Source of the DNA: a virus | Length of the DNA: 64,000 nucleotides | Reading direction: 5' to 3' (one strand) | IMG/VR virus record: IMGVR_UViG_3300030099_005362 | In this document: positions 37,670 to 47,061 of the stretch, piece after piece | How the letters are laid out: each line of letters starts with the position of its first letter | Numbering within the stretch: position 1 is the stretch's first letter | The notes under the pieces: generated by a model | Told to the model about the DNA's origin: nothing | The model's input: the letters and a program-made list of their open reading frames with translations, nothing else | The model's database searches: none | Position numbers and translations under genes: made by a program

Positions 37670-39052
37670 TTAACCGGCATTTGGATTATATAGATTTATC
37701 TCATCGTATTCATATCTATATAGCCGTTTACCGTTATTTTGTCGGGGTATTTGTTCTAATAGAGACTCAGACCATGTGGCACAACGTCCACAGTTTCTTC
37801 TGCCCTTATTTCCACCGTGTGAAATTGCTGAATATTCAGCTATGTGCTGCACGGGAGAGGGGTCACAAAACCACATTGTTCTTCCCATTATGTTCATTAT
37901 CTTTCCTATTGCTGTATCGCTGTTCTGCACCCTCCAAGGTTCTGCCCTTCTCTTCTCTTGCATTGACTCCCAAGCGGATTTTGTTCTTAGTCTTGCTCCT
38001 AGCCAGTTTTTAGTAAAGTCTAGCTCAACCACCTGCTCCAGTATTTTTCTAGGCCAAACTAGGGCACAGGCACCCCACATGCTCTTTGTTATTACTCTAT
38101 TTACTCCACGATCCCTTTGCTCTGTCTTTTTGTGTGGCTTAAGACTATAGTGCTTGGGGGTGTAAAGTGAGACAAAACCAACCTCTGTATCTGGCCACAG
38201 GATGTTTTGCTCTAAAAAGGTCTTTGAATCGGGATGAAACAGTGAATCGTCCTGTACCGTAAGAATAGTATTTGCATCGCTATTTTCTAAAGCATATCTA
38301 CAGGAGTCTAGCCAGTTATGCCAAACTCCTCTCTTTGTCTCATTGTTAATGGTAAATTCTTCGTATTGCTTCCCAAGGCCACGAACATTTGGTTCCGCAA
38401 ATATAAAGGGAGTAAATCCCGCTATCTGTAGTGACTCAACACAGTTCTGTAGAGTTGAAACTTTTCTAGGTGCTGTAGTCACTGCACAGAACCACTTTGT
38501 CTTGGGATTATCGGCTTCTTCTTTTTCTCGTACCTTGTTAATAGCAGACTCCACCAGTCTTTTGGCTACAACTTTAGTAGCTGACGAAGGAACCCAACTA
38601 AACAAAACCCTTTTATTAGACTCTGCTACTAGGTGATCAATTATTGCCTGTTTGTTGTTGGTGCATCCTTCTACTCCCCATATGTTCATCTTCTTGGCCC
38701 AGCTTTTACAAGAACAACCGGGCCTTTCTAAAAACTTTGGTATCATTTTGTGTAGCTCTGTACCAACTCCTTCTCCTATCTTCTCTGAGACAGAACGAAG
38801 AAGGTTTTCTCCTGATTCTTCTGCGGCCTTCAGTGCTAACTTTTGAACCGTCTTACAGGCCGCCGTTTTTCCATCCTTATGCCAGTTACAGATTTCACAT
38901 CTGTAGGGATTTGGTATTTTTGCCGGAACCCCAGCCATATCAGATGCGAGTTTGCATATTTTATCTTCACCAAAATCTGCCAGATGATGACAGTCAATGT
39001 CTTCCCAAGTTGCGTCTGGGTTCCCTATTATCATGTGAAATTCTTTAGCCAT
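37670..39052 (-). CDS. Cys-rich N-terminal domains fused to a GT-A-like glycosyltransferase domain
   Basis: VTTAPR..TL..ESL, VQDD (DxD-like), PSPVQH; N-terminal Cys motifs incl. GCSC..WAKKMN.WG. Confidence 0.6.
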   Translation of the reverse strand: MAKEFHMIIGNPDATWEDIDCHHLADFGEDKICKLASDMAGVPAKIPNPYRCEICNWHKDGKTAACKTVQKLALKAAEESGENLLRSVSEKIGEGVGTELHKMIPKFLERPGCSCKSWAKKMNIWGVEGCTNNKQAIIDHLVAESNKRVLFSWVPSSATKVVAKRLVESAINKVREKEEADNPKTKWFCAVTTAPRKVSTLQNCVESLQIAGFTPFIFAEPNVRGLGKQYEEFTINNETKRGVWHNWLDSCRYALENSDANTILTVQDDSLFHPDSKTFLEQNILWPDTEVGFVSLYTPKHYSLKPHKKTEQRDRGVNRVITKSMWGACALVWPRKILEQVVELDFTKNWLGARLRTKSAWESMQEKRRAEPWRVQNSDTAIGKIMNIMGRTMWFCDPSPVQHIAEYSAISHGGNKGRRNCGRCATWSESLLEQIPRQNNGKRLYRYEYDEINLYNPNAG

Positions 39053-39070
39053 TTGTACTTTCCGTTTGGT

Positions 39071-39316
39071 TTATATAATATAAATAGGAGTGTTATTACC
39101 GACATAGGCTCCAAAAGTATTGTACTCAAGCCACTCTAGAGCCTCGTCTTGATCTATACTAAGATTATTTGCTGCTATCTCTACCATTTTCGGAATATAA
39201 TAAGCAACCCTTCCTGAATCGTGGCCACCACAAACGCCAATAATAGCGTCGTCATAACCATTGGCAAACAGAAGATCATCGCCAAAATATTCGCACAACT
39301 TTTCACGAATTCCCAT
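39071..39316 (-). CDS. Conserved small phage protein
   Basis: GYDDAIIG...EALEWLEYNTFGAYVGNNTP motif. Confidence 0.7.
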   Translation of the reverse strand: MGIREKLCEYFGDDLLFANGYDDAIIGVCGGHDSGRVAYYIPKMVEIAANNLSIDQDEALEWLEYNTFGAYVGNNTPIYII

Positions 39317-39482
39317 GTCCCTTGAATCCTTTTTTCCATGTTTTCTTGTCCTTGTCCCACCATTGTCGATACTTTTCTACTATCGTCTTGGACTTTTCGT
39401 TAATCAATTTTATATGCTCCCGAAACGCCTGAAGCTCTGCTTCATCTGTTTTGCGGGGTTTATATTTTTTCTTTTTTGCCAT
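39303..39482 (-). CDS. Small basic protein (MAKKKKY...)
   Basis: ORF tiled within the operon. Confidence 0.5.
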   Translation of the reverse strand: MAKKKKYKPRKTDEAELQAFREHIKLINEKSKTIVEKYRQWWDKDKKTWKKGFKGHGNS

Positions 39483-39483
39483 A

Positions 39484-40044
39484 TTAAGTTCTCTCAACGC
39501 AAACAACGGCGATCTGACGACCTAACACAGAGCAGGGCTGTGAAACTTGGGCACACTGACAGTTTAGCGATCCTGTCGAGCTATCACATTCATCAACTAT
39601 TATGTCATACGCCCAGTGATCAAAACACTTCCATATACAGTAACCGTCTTGGAGGCAGTCTTCTCCGGGTGGCCCCAGACTTGAGAGCGAAAGAGACTCA
39701 GAAACCGTGGAAACCGACACGGAACTAGAGCCTAACGACGACGAAGCAGACGACGAAACCGAAAAAGAGGAACTGCTACCCGACGAGGACGATCTAGATG
39801 AAGAAGACGATGAAGAAGATAAAGACCTAGAGGAAGACAAGGATGACGAAGACGACAAAGATGACGAAGACGACGAAGCAGACGACGAAGCAGACGAAGA
39901 ACTAGACGACGAAGACGATGAAGCAGACGACGAGGAAGAGCTAGACGATGACGACGACTGGGAGGAACTGCTGCCACTACTGCTACTTGATGAGCTTGAG
40001 CTACTACTAGGATCGTCTTTGCAGCACTTGCACGGCCTTCCCAT
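39484..40044 (-). CDS. Poly-serine protein with Cys-rich termini
   Basis: MGRPCKCC, then about 110 aa mostly Ser, then a Cys-rich C-terminus; GGAG RBS. Confidence 0.7.
   Translation of the reverse strand: MGRPCKCCKDDPSSSSSSSSSSSGSSSSQSSSSSSSSSSSASSSSSSSSSSASSSASSSSSSLSSSSSLSSSRSLSSSSSSSSRSSSSGSSSSFSVSSSASSSLGSSSVSVSTVSESLSLSSLGPPGEDCLQDGYCIWKCFDHWAYDIIVDECDSSTGSLNCQCAQVSQPCSVLGRQIAVVCVERT
39720..40008. repeat. Low-complexity trinucleotide-like tract (TCG/TCT/TCA codons) encoding poly-Ser
   Basis: gacgacgaag-type repeats on the + strand. Confidence 0.85.
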
Positions 40045-40081
40045 TTCTTCTCCAGATACTAACTTTTACTATTTTTACTAT

Positions 40082-40399
40082 TTAAGTGGTCTCGTATGGC
40101 CAAATTTTTGCAAGCTCATCCGTAACTCCCTGTATCTCCACTATCCATCTACCGTATTTACCGGTCTTGTTTGTTTTTATAATAACGCTGCCCTCATAAG
40201 GAAAGGACGCCTTAGACTTTTCTAAAAGTTCCCTGCACATCTTTGCCGCCACGATAAAATCCTTGTGGCCTCGCTCTGGAGTATCTACACCAGCGAGCCT
40301 GCCCCTAACTTTCATATACACACTGAACCCTAGATCTACGATAAAGTCAACAGTGTCTCCGTCAACAACCCTGTGTACAGTAGCCTTGTATTCATACAT
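40082..40399 (-). CDS. Thermonuclease (SNase-like)
   Basis: MYEY...RVVDGDTVD..DLGF...RLAGVDTPE...GKYGR. Confidence 0.88.
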   Translation of the reverse strand: MYEYKATVHRVVDGDTVDFIVDLGFSVYMKVRGRLAGVDTPERGHKDFIVAAKMCRELLEKSKASFPYEGSVIIKTNKTGKYGRWIVEIQGVTDELAKIWPYETT

Positions 40400-40614
40400 T
40401 ATTGGGGAAACCACCTGTCTAGTGTATCTAGTCTATCCTCTGCATCAGCCAGTTTTGACAATGCCTCGTTTAAATTGGAGTGTAGGTCTTCAGTGCTATG
40501 GTCTCCTATCCCAGCGGGATGGTCTAGCATTATATTAAGACTGCACAAAGCCTCGGCTCTATCTGCTCTAGCTTTCATATAAAGGGACTCGATAGCACTA
40601 TCTCTATATTCCAT
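40399..40614 (-). CDS. Conserved small phage protein
   Basis: HPAGIGDHS motif. Confidence 0.65.
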   Translation of the reverse strand: MEYRDSAIESLYMKARADRAEALCSLNIMLDHPAGIGDHSTEDLHSNLNEALSKLADAEDRLDTLDRWFPQ

Positions 40615-41356
40615 TTAATATCCTTTTCTTAAAGTTGGTTTCACTGTAATTATAGTAAAGTTTAAAATCTTTAGCATATGTTTTTTGTAACCATTTCATA
40701 TTTTTTTCAGATATTGGTCTTTGATCGGCGTTTGAGCTTCTATTTTTGTGAGGAAGAATGTAATCTAATCCTAGTTGTTTTGTTAGGTAGTCAATTTCTT
40801 GCTCTATATTATCCATTATAATTACAATAGAGGGCTTGAGATACCAACTAGCCTGCGGCTCAAATGGAAATATATACTGACATTTTTTAGGGCCGATGTA
40901 GTTTAATGCTGATTCTAAAACATTAGACTCTATAATATATTTTATGGTATATGCGAGTGCTCCCGTACCCTCTCTTAGTATAGAAATCCAAGCGTTTGGC
41001 CTATTCGACAAGGCCTGTATGTCTTTAAAAATCTGAGATTTTCTATTGTCTATGAATGTTGGCAGACTTATCTTTTTGTCTTTATTTTTTTTTCTGATAG
41101 ATTTGAAATGGTCATCTATCTTTTTGTGCTTTTCTGATAGTGTTTCTTCACACATTTCAAAAAAGTCTGAAACATACTTGACAGCAGACTTAAATCTATC
41201 TACTGGATTTCTAATTATTAGTATTTGATTTTTTATAGACGGGCTACTTACGTCTGCTCCGTGACCGTTGTACTTTATGAGGCCGTTGCTTTGAAGGCAA
41301 AGGTGTCTCATTGAAGTACCCGCTGTCTTGGGCACATGAATAAAATTAAACATCAA
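40604..41356 (-). CDS. Sulfotransferase family 2 protein
   Basis: FIHVPKTAGTS (5'-PSB) and RNPVDRFKS (3'-PB). Confidence 0.85.
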   Translation of the reverse strand: MMFNFIHVPKTAGTSMRHLCLQSNGLIKYNGHGADVSSPSIKNQILIIRNPVDRFKSAVKYVSDFFEMCEETLSEKHKKIDDHFKSIRKKNKDKKISLPTFIDNRKSQIFKDIQALSNRPNAWISILREGTGALAYTIKYIIESNVLESALNYIGPKKCQYIFPFEPQASWYLKPSIVIIMDNIEQEIDYLTKQLGLDYILPHKNRSSNADQRPISEKNMKWLQKTYAKDFKLYYNYSETNFKKRILNGI

Positions 41357-41673
41357 AAGTCAAGTTCGGAATTGAACTCCTCTGTCAACTCTATGTAGTC
41401 GGAAAGTGCCAGCATTATCAATAATATATACTGATTCAACTCACAGGGAGTTAGTTCAAAGCCCTTTTCTGCTATTTTATGTCTTAGATGAAGCCTTTGT
41501 CCCCTATCTAGCTCGCAAATTGTCATTAGATAGTGTGTTGTTTCTGGATCTCCATCTAGAAAAAGATCTATAAAGTTACTGTAGGAGTCCCAAGCTGTGT
41601 TCTCCTCAAGTGCTGGTTCATACAGGCTCCTTAGTATCCTGCTAATTCTTTTTTTCTCCATTGTTCTATTCAC
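41353..41673 (-). CDS. Hypothetical protein
   Basis: ORF downstream of the motif at 41703. Confidence 0.55.
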   Translation of the reverse strand: MNRTMEKKRISRILRSLYEPALEENTAWDSYSNFIDLFLDGDPETTHYLMTICELDRGQRLHLRHKIAEKGFELTPCELNQYILLIMLALSDYIELTEEFNSELDF

Positions 41674-41712
41674 TTTTAACGAGGGTTTTCTCTGCTATAT
41701 TTCTATACGCAA

Positions 41713-42771
41713 TTAAATCGAGTTATCAAAGTGTGTTCTACCTACTTTTATAGCCTTAGCACATTTTGGCAAATCCTTAAGGGACGTGGCTCCAACATAA
41801 GCACAACAGCTACGTAGACCTCCTTTAACGTCACTCATAACAGAGTCTGCTGATCCCTTGTATGGCACAATTTTAACTCTACCCTCGCTGGTAGCATAGT
41901 TATTCATGCCTCCGCTATGTTTATCCTGTGCTTTTTCGGACGACATACCGTAAAATTTAAGACCCGTTTTCTTTTCTTCAGTAGAATATTGCCACTCTCC
42001 CTCACATTCGTCTGTTCCTGCGAACATACCGCCCAGCATCACAAAGTCGGCATTAGCAGCGAAGGCCTTGCAAATATCAGCAGGGATTCTACATCCTCCA
42101 TCGGCACATACCAGCCCCATCTTTCCATCGCCGCTTTTTAGTCCGTGAGCAGCATGGCTACATTCAATAATTGCTGAAAGCTGTGGGTATCCTACTCCAG
42201 TTTTTAGTCTTGTTGTACAGGCACTTCCCGGTCCAATACCTATCTTTACAATATCAACACCGCCATGAAGAACCAACTCCTGAACCATCTCAGGTGTACA
42301 AACGTTGCCAGCCATAATGATTGAATCTGGAAAATGTGATCTAACCAACAAACACCATTCTACAAATTTTTCAGTGTATCCATTGGCAATATCTATGCAA
42401 ATATTTGGGCTAGAGTGGATTCCTTTTTTGATGGCGTGTAGTTTCTCTAAATCGTTCTTATTCATTCCTATAGAAACCCACACGCTGGACTCTATATTGT
42501 AGTATTTAAAGTACTCCACAACCCTGTCAGGATCGTGGTACTTGTGAAGGCATGTTACCGCTTCGTGTTTTGACAAAGCAGCACCCATATTAAAGGTGCC
42601 AGTAGTATCCATATTGGCCGCAATAATAGGGAGTCCATGCCACTCTTTTGGCGAGTGAAAAAACTTGAAGGTTCTTTTTAATTGTACTTCCTTTCTACTG
42701 GCGGAAGGCGAGCGTGCTGGAACCAATAGGATGTCGTCAAAGTCTAATTTAGTTTCGTCTACTATTTTCAT
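41713..42771 (-). CDS. guaC: GMP reductase
   Basis: [44 protein letters not shown]. Confidence 0.93.
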   Translation of the reverse strand: MKIVDETKLDFDDILLVPARSPSASRKEVQLKRTFKFFHSPKEWHGLPIIAANMDTTGTFNMGAALSKHEAVTCLHKYHDPDRVVEYFKYYNIESSVWVSIGMNKNDLEKLHAIKKGIHSSPNICIDIANGYTEKFVEWCLLVRSHFPDSIIMAGNVCTPEMVQELVLHGGVDIVKIGIGPGSACTTRLKTGVGYPQLSAIIECSHAAHGLKSGDGKMGLVCADGGCRIPADICKAFAANADFVMLGGMFAGTDECEGEWQYSTEEKKTGLKFYGMSSEKAQDKHSGGMNNYATSEGRVKIVPYKGSADSVMSDVKGGLRSCCAYVGATSLKDLPKCAKAIKVGRTHFDNSI

Positions 42772-43386
42772 TTATTCCCAATCGTAAGATACAAACCATT
42801 TACTAAAGTCTTGCTGTTTCAAAACCACGCCCTGCTTACCGCCCATATAGCTTATGGGTCTGAAGCCAGCAGTCTTGTTGACGTTGTTATAAAATTCTTT
42901 AACTCTGGGCGACCACATTATGCCCCATTTAATTTGCTGACTCTTGGACTCCACTAATTTAATATGGCGATCAAAGTCATAATCTCTTGGCTTTCTTAGG
43001 TCTGTTCCACATCTCACTGAATTATAGATAAAGAGAATGCTCGCTTGTTCTCTAACATAAGCCTTCAGATCATTTTCTTTTAATGTAAATTTACCAGCCG
43101 TAGGAACCCACTTAATCTCTAGCGGCTCATCTGTTAGTTGTGCGTCTAATCCTTCGCCTCTTATTGATCCAGATATTTTATAGTCAGCACCGGCGGTATT
43201 CCCTTTAGCAATAAACTCTCCATCATTGCCGCAACCATTGTCACTCCATTCTGAAACATGTAGGCCGCACGCTCCAGACTTAACTTTTTCTAGCCACTCA
43301 GTAAAGAAATATTTCTCTAGTTTTGTGGCAAAGTGAATGTCTTTTTTAAAAGTTGACACGCTTCTGTTATCGAATCTCGTTGACAT
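42772..43386 (-). CDS. PD-(D/E)XK-like hypothetical protein
   Basis: AD...LEIK pattern. Confidence 0.45.
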   Translation of the reverse strand: MSTRFDNRSVSTFKKDIHFATKLEKYFFTEWLEKVKSGACGLHVSEWSDNGCGNDGEFIAKGNTAGADYKISGSIRGEGLDAQLTDEPLEIKWVPTAGKFTLKENDLKAYVREQASILFIYNSVRCGTDLRKPRDYDFDRHIKLVESKSQQIKWGIMWSPRVKEFYNNVNKTAGFRPISYMGGKQGVVLKQQDFSKWFVSYDWE

Positions 43387-44213
43387 TGTTTATCCTTTGT
43401 GGTTAGGTCACGGACTAATTCGTTATAGTTTTCTACTGCCTCTAAGGGGCTGGAATTTATATTGTTTTGTTTTGCTATTGAGATCATACTTGACAGTTCT
43501 TTTGGTAGACACTTGCCACCAAACCCCCTCTTTCCGTCATGACCGGGAACTTGCCAGTGAATGTCGCCCACGCGAGGGTCTGCTTCCTGCATGACTTCAA
43601 TCATTTTGTTGTAATCTATTCCTAGAGAGTTACATATATCATAAATTATATTTGCGAAAGTAATTTTTGTCGAGAAGAAACTATTGGTTGTAGTTTTTAT
43701 CATCTCTGCGGTAGTGGGGTCTGTATAGATACAATCAGAATCTGGCCAAGCCATGCTATGATAGTCTGAGAGCAAATGCTTCATCGAAGGGTCAGGTATC
43801 CCTAGAAGATGCTTAGTTGTGTTTTTAACGTCTTCTACTGCTGTTCTTTCGGTTAGAAACTCTGGATTGCATACCAAGACGCAGTGATTATACTTTTCTT
43901 GAAGTCTCTGTGTTGTGTGCGGAGACATCGTTGATTTTATTAGGACGACAGTAAACTTGCTGACTCTCTTGGAGTAGTAATTAATGAGCTTGCAAGCATT
44001 GTCCACATGCAGGGTGTCACACTTCCCATGTTTATCAGATGGAGTAGGGACACAAAGATATATAATGTTAGATTTTTCGACCACCCTTTGGTATCCTAAG
44101 TTCATGTCTACCGTATCAGATAGATCATATGACGATACGCTAAATATCTTTTTCAGGTGCGACAACAAGGCGGAGCCAACAAAGCCCCTACCTATGATTC
44201 CTACGTTATACAT
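43317..44213 (-). CDS. UDP-glucose/GDP-mannose dehydrogenase family protein
   Basis: GRGFVG, CVPTP, IKST, NPEFL, AEMIK, GFGGKCLPK. Confidence 0.9.
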   Translation of the reverse strand: MYNVGIIGRGFVGSALLSHLKKIFSVSSYDLSDTVDMNLGYQRVVEKSNIIYLCVPTPSDKHGKCDTLHVDNACKLINYYSKRVSKFTVVLIKSTMSPHTTQRLQEKYNHCVLVCNPEFLTERTAVEDVKNTTKHLLGIPDPSMKHLLSDYHSMAWPDSDCIYTDPTTAEMIKTTTNSFFSTKITFANIIYDICNSLGIDYNKMIEVMQEADPRVGDIHWQVPGHDGKRGFGGKCLPKELSSMISIAKQNNINSSPLEAVENYNELVRDLTTKDKQCQRDSITEACQLLKKTFTLPQN

Positions 44214-44214
44214 C

Positions 44215-44469
44215 TTACAGTCCTATGAGATTTTTAATTCCGCCCAAGTCAAAGCCGCCCTTAAATATAATTAAATAAGCGGCTATAGCTGCCACTATCA
44301 TAAACACCAGCCACTTTCTTTTGGTTGCAACAGCATATGCTTTTGCGGTGACTTCTTTTATTCTTTCTAGGCGAAATAGCCTTCTAGACTCTTTTCTTTC
44401 TTTGAGTCTCTCGTGCTTCTCGTTTTTTAGTTTTTCTTTTTCTTCTTTGTTCTTTTTGAATAGTGGCAT
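44215..44469 (-). CDS. Basic protein with C-terminal TM helix
   Basis: K/R-rich region followed by a hydrophobic helix. Confidence 0.55.
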   Translation of the reverse strand: MPLFKKNKEEKEKLKNEKHERLKERKESRRLFRLERIKEVTAKAYAVATKRKWLVFMIVAAIAAYLIIFKGGFDLGGIKNLIGL

Positions 44470-44470
44470 G

Positions 44471-44671
44471 TTATCTCCAAAATAGAAGGATTTTGTGCCA
44501 GAGTGGACGATCCTTCTTGTTTTTTGTTTGTTTAGTTTGTCTTTTGTGTCTGTTCTCTTCGTCGAAATAAATCTTTCTTAGTTCAGGCGTACTCGTTCTT
44601 TTCTTGAGTGTCAACGCAACCCGACCATAATGAGAGTCAGACATATCCCTAGTTTCGCTTCGTCCTGCCAT
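44471..44671 (-). CDS. Small basic hypothetical protein
   Basis: ORF tiled within the operon. Confidence 0.5.
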   Translation of the reverse strand: MAGRSETRDMSDSHYGRVALTLKKRTSTPELRKIYFDEENRHKRQTKQTKNKKDRPLWHKILLFWR

Positions 44672-44899
44672 TTAATTTCCATCCCAACCCTCTTGCCAAG
44701 ATCTAAATTCTGGATCTTCGTCTTCTTCAACGAAGCATATGTTAAATTCTTGGTGAAGTCTCTCGAAATACTTCATGGGGATTTTTATTGTTTGGTTGTA
44801 ATGATCCGCCTCAAAAACAGAGTTGTACAGAACATCACCCCAAGCCTTCTTTAGTTCATGAAACACTATACACCCCCGTAGATATAGATGCCCATACAA
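44672..44899 (-). CDS. Small hypothetical protein (true start probably internal)
   Basis: ORF tiled within the operon. Confidence 0.45.
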   Translation of the reverse strand: MYGHLYLRGCIVFHELKKAWGDVLYNSVFEADHYNQTIKIPMKYFERLHQEFNICFVEEDEDPEFRSWQEGWDGN

Positions 44900-44979
44900 A
44901 GACTTACGCCCAGAAGAAAACCCAATACGAAGTCTTTAGTCTCTAAGTTATTCATTTTTTTCATTTCCTCTTGCCCCTT

Positions 44980-45007
44980 ATTATAAAGTACAATAGCTAA
45001 TTGTCAA
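44980..45007 (-). promoter_or_regulatory. sigma70-type promoter
   Basis: TTGACA-16-TATAAT. Confidence 0.7.
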
Positions 45008-45142
45008 GTCCTAATTTTGTTTTTTCTTCTTTTTATAACTTTCGACTCTTCTCTTTTAAGTAACGCAAAGGCTGTTAAAACTACAGAAATTTCTATAGCC
45101 CAAGCCAGTAGACCGGCCATCAATGCTTTCATAGTATATTCC

Positions 45143-45331
45143 TTACAACATGATCCATAGAGTCAATAACATCACCATAGCACATGCTACTATAACGCTA
45201 AATATTATAGCGTTTGATTTACGTCTTTGCTTTTCTTTTTCTGAAATTCTTTGCTTTATTCTTTCGGCAGTTGCCCAGTATCCGTCTTTAATCGGATCAA
45301 ACCCTAATTCTTCCCATTTATGTTTCTTCAT
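45143..45331 (-). CDS. Small protein with C-terminal TM
   Basis: Hydrophobic C-terminus. Confidence 0.5.
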   Translation of the reverse strand: MKKHKWEELGFDPIKDGYWATAERIKQRISEKEKQRRKSNAIIFSVIVACAMVMLLTLWIML

Positions 45332-45509
45332 CGTCCTCTAGCTTCTCCCCGTGTTTGTCTACGGTTATCCATCCACATCCTTCACACAGGCAAAAGTACC
45401 TCTCCTTACCTCTAGCTATCCCAGCAAAATCATTTTTGTCGGCGTTCTCTTTTCCAAATAACTCAGCAGTGCAGGTGTAACAAAAATTAGCCACAATATT
45501 TTTCTCCAA
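45318..45509 (-). CDS. Small Zn-binding phage protein
   Basis: FCYTC...NDFAG...LCEGCG..VD..G. Confidence 0.6.
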   Translation of the reverse strand: MEKNIVANFCYTCTAELFGKENADKNDFAGIARGKERYFCLCEGCGWITVDKHGEKLEDDEET

Positions 45510-46212
45510 TTATTCTTTTTGTATCTGTCCAGTCTTGGACGTTATAGTATGTGTCACATTGTATCGCAAGAGTATGGTCGTTGCCGCCTAGTTCACATCT
45601 GTCACCAAAGAATATGGTTTCTCCGAACATATCAGAAAGCACCTGAGATTTATCTCTGCCGATTGGATATATGTCTATACTTATCTCTCCACCTATCGCA
45701 AAGGAAATATCTTCGTACTTGGAAGATAATTCGCTTACTATGTTTAGTCTTTCTCCTTTAAGTTTGTCCCATTCAAAGTATTCTTTTCTCTGAAGCTGGT
45801 TTGCAGACCTGCCTAGTGTAGAGAAGTTCACCATCATGGGTACACTATTCTTTTCACCTCTCCTATATTCAATATTATTTTCAGCCTTACCGTACCATTT
45901 ACTTTTTGTAAGTATTTTTTTAAGGTCTTTGATTAAAGGGTCGGGTACTTGCCAATGCTTTTCCCATCTTAAACGATTTCTAATGTATAGTTGATTCCCA
46001 GAATTTTGATAGCACCCGTCTACATGTCTATAAAGGGATAGTCCAATTTGCTCTAGGGTCTTTCGTCTGTCTGAGCCGGTGACTAAAAAAATCTTGTTCC
46101 CTCTCTCCCTTTGAAATGTAATCCAGTTACCGAACGCTTGACGAAAATTACTGTCCATAGTTTTTCTTGCGGGGGTCAGTGTTCCGTCTACGTCAAATAA
46201 AAAATTAATCAT
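45487..46212 (-). CDS. HAD-IIB phosphomannomutase (eukaryote/PMM-like)
   Basis: FDVDGTLT, VTGSD, NFS..GR, GGEISIDI, FFGD..GGND. Confidence 0.88.
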   Translation of the reverse strand: MINFLFDVDGTLTPARKTMDSNFRQAFGNWITFQRERGNKIFLVTGSDRRKTLEQIGLSLYRHVDGCYQNSGNQLYIRNRLRWEKHWQVPDPLIKDLKKILTKSKWYGKAENNIEYRRGEKNSVPMMVNFSTLGRSANQLQRKEYFEWDKLKGERLNIVSELSSKYEDISFAIGGEISIDIYPIGRDKSQVLSDMFGETIFFGDRCELGGNDHTLAIQCDTYYNVQDWTDTKRIIGEKYCG

Positions 46213-46408
46213 ACAATATATCTCGGAATAAATCTACGAAGAACTTGAGTAAAACATTGTGAAAGAAGAAAATAAAAAGGAATAGCACTATCCAAAAAAA
46301 AGAAACCCAATCTGTCTCATCATCTGGTCTTTGATGAATACCCTCGTTCCAACTATCTGATCTCCTTGCGGGGTTAGTCTTCGGTGGGCTGTAAGGATTC
46401 TTTTTCAT
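46205..46408 (-). CDS. Small TM protein with NPYSPP motif
   Basis: NPYxxP N-terminal motif plus a TM helix. Confidence 0.5.
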   Translation of the reverse strand: MKKNPYSPPKTNPARRSDSWNEGIHQRPDDETDWVSFFWIVLFLFIFFFHNVLLKFFVDLFRDILYD

Positions 46409-46676
46409 TGCTCAGATTTCTGAAGTTTTCTGCAAATTGTTGAAACCCCGCCAACACTTCTTCCCTTGCTACCTTTCTAGATATTGATTCCATTTCACGG
46501 GGAGCCATCTCGACAAAACCTTCCATCATCATCTCAACCTCTGCTAAATTTTGAAAACCGTCCATAAGCATACTTCTATTTTCAGCAACCATTTTGTGGG
46601 TCACATGGGATTTATACCCCAAGTATCCCAAGCTACCAAAAGTGATGACGGCAAAAAGTGTCATTAACTTATTCAT
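46374..46676 (-). CDS. Membrane-anchored hypothetical protein
   Basis: N-terminal TM. Confidence 0.55.
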   Translation of the reverse strand: MNKLMTLFAVITFGSLGYLGYKSHVTHKMVAENRSMLMDGFQNLAEVEMMMEGFVEMAPREMESISRKVAREEVLAGFQQFAENFRNLSNEKESLQPTED

Positions 46677-46917
46677 TTCTACTTTCCTTGTAAACGTATT
46701 TATTTTTTTCGTAATATTCTTTATTTTCTAATACAGAACTGGCTTCATGTTCATGCTTGAAGTAATGTTTGAATTGTTTGTACAGGGCTTTTACTTGTTC
46801 AAAGGCCTCGTTCTCGTCTATCTTTCCTCCCTGCTCTAGGTCGCATATGATAGACATTTGTATGTTAAATGCCCTGAAGGGATCGTCGTACTTTTCAAAT
46901 TTGAATTTACTACTCAT
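46669..46917 (-). CDS. Conserved small phage protein
   Basis: IICDLEQGGKI..EAFEQVK motif. Confidence 0.55.
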   Translation of the reverse strand: MSSKFKFEKYDDPFRAFNIQMSIICDLEQGGKIDENEAFEQVKALYKQFKHYFKHEHEASSVLENKEYYEKNKYVYKESRNE

Positions 46918-47061
46918 TGTATAACTCCGGAAAATTATCTCTACAGTATTTGGTAAATATCTCTAAGGCCTCTGTGTATGTTGAACAAAAATCAATGACC
47001 TGTTCCACTTCGTCGTAGACAAACCATCCGTCTTCCGAAGGACACCACACTATGTTTTTAT

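Noticed and set aside
39707-40225. 172-aa D/E-rich plus-strand ORF
   Set aside because: Antisense shadow of the poly-Ser tract; the minus-strand gene has an RBS, fits the operon and has Cys-rich ends
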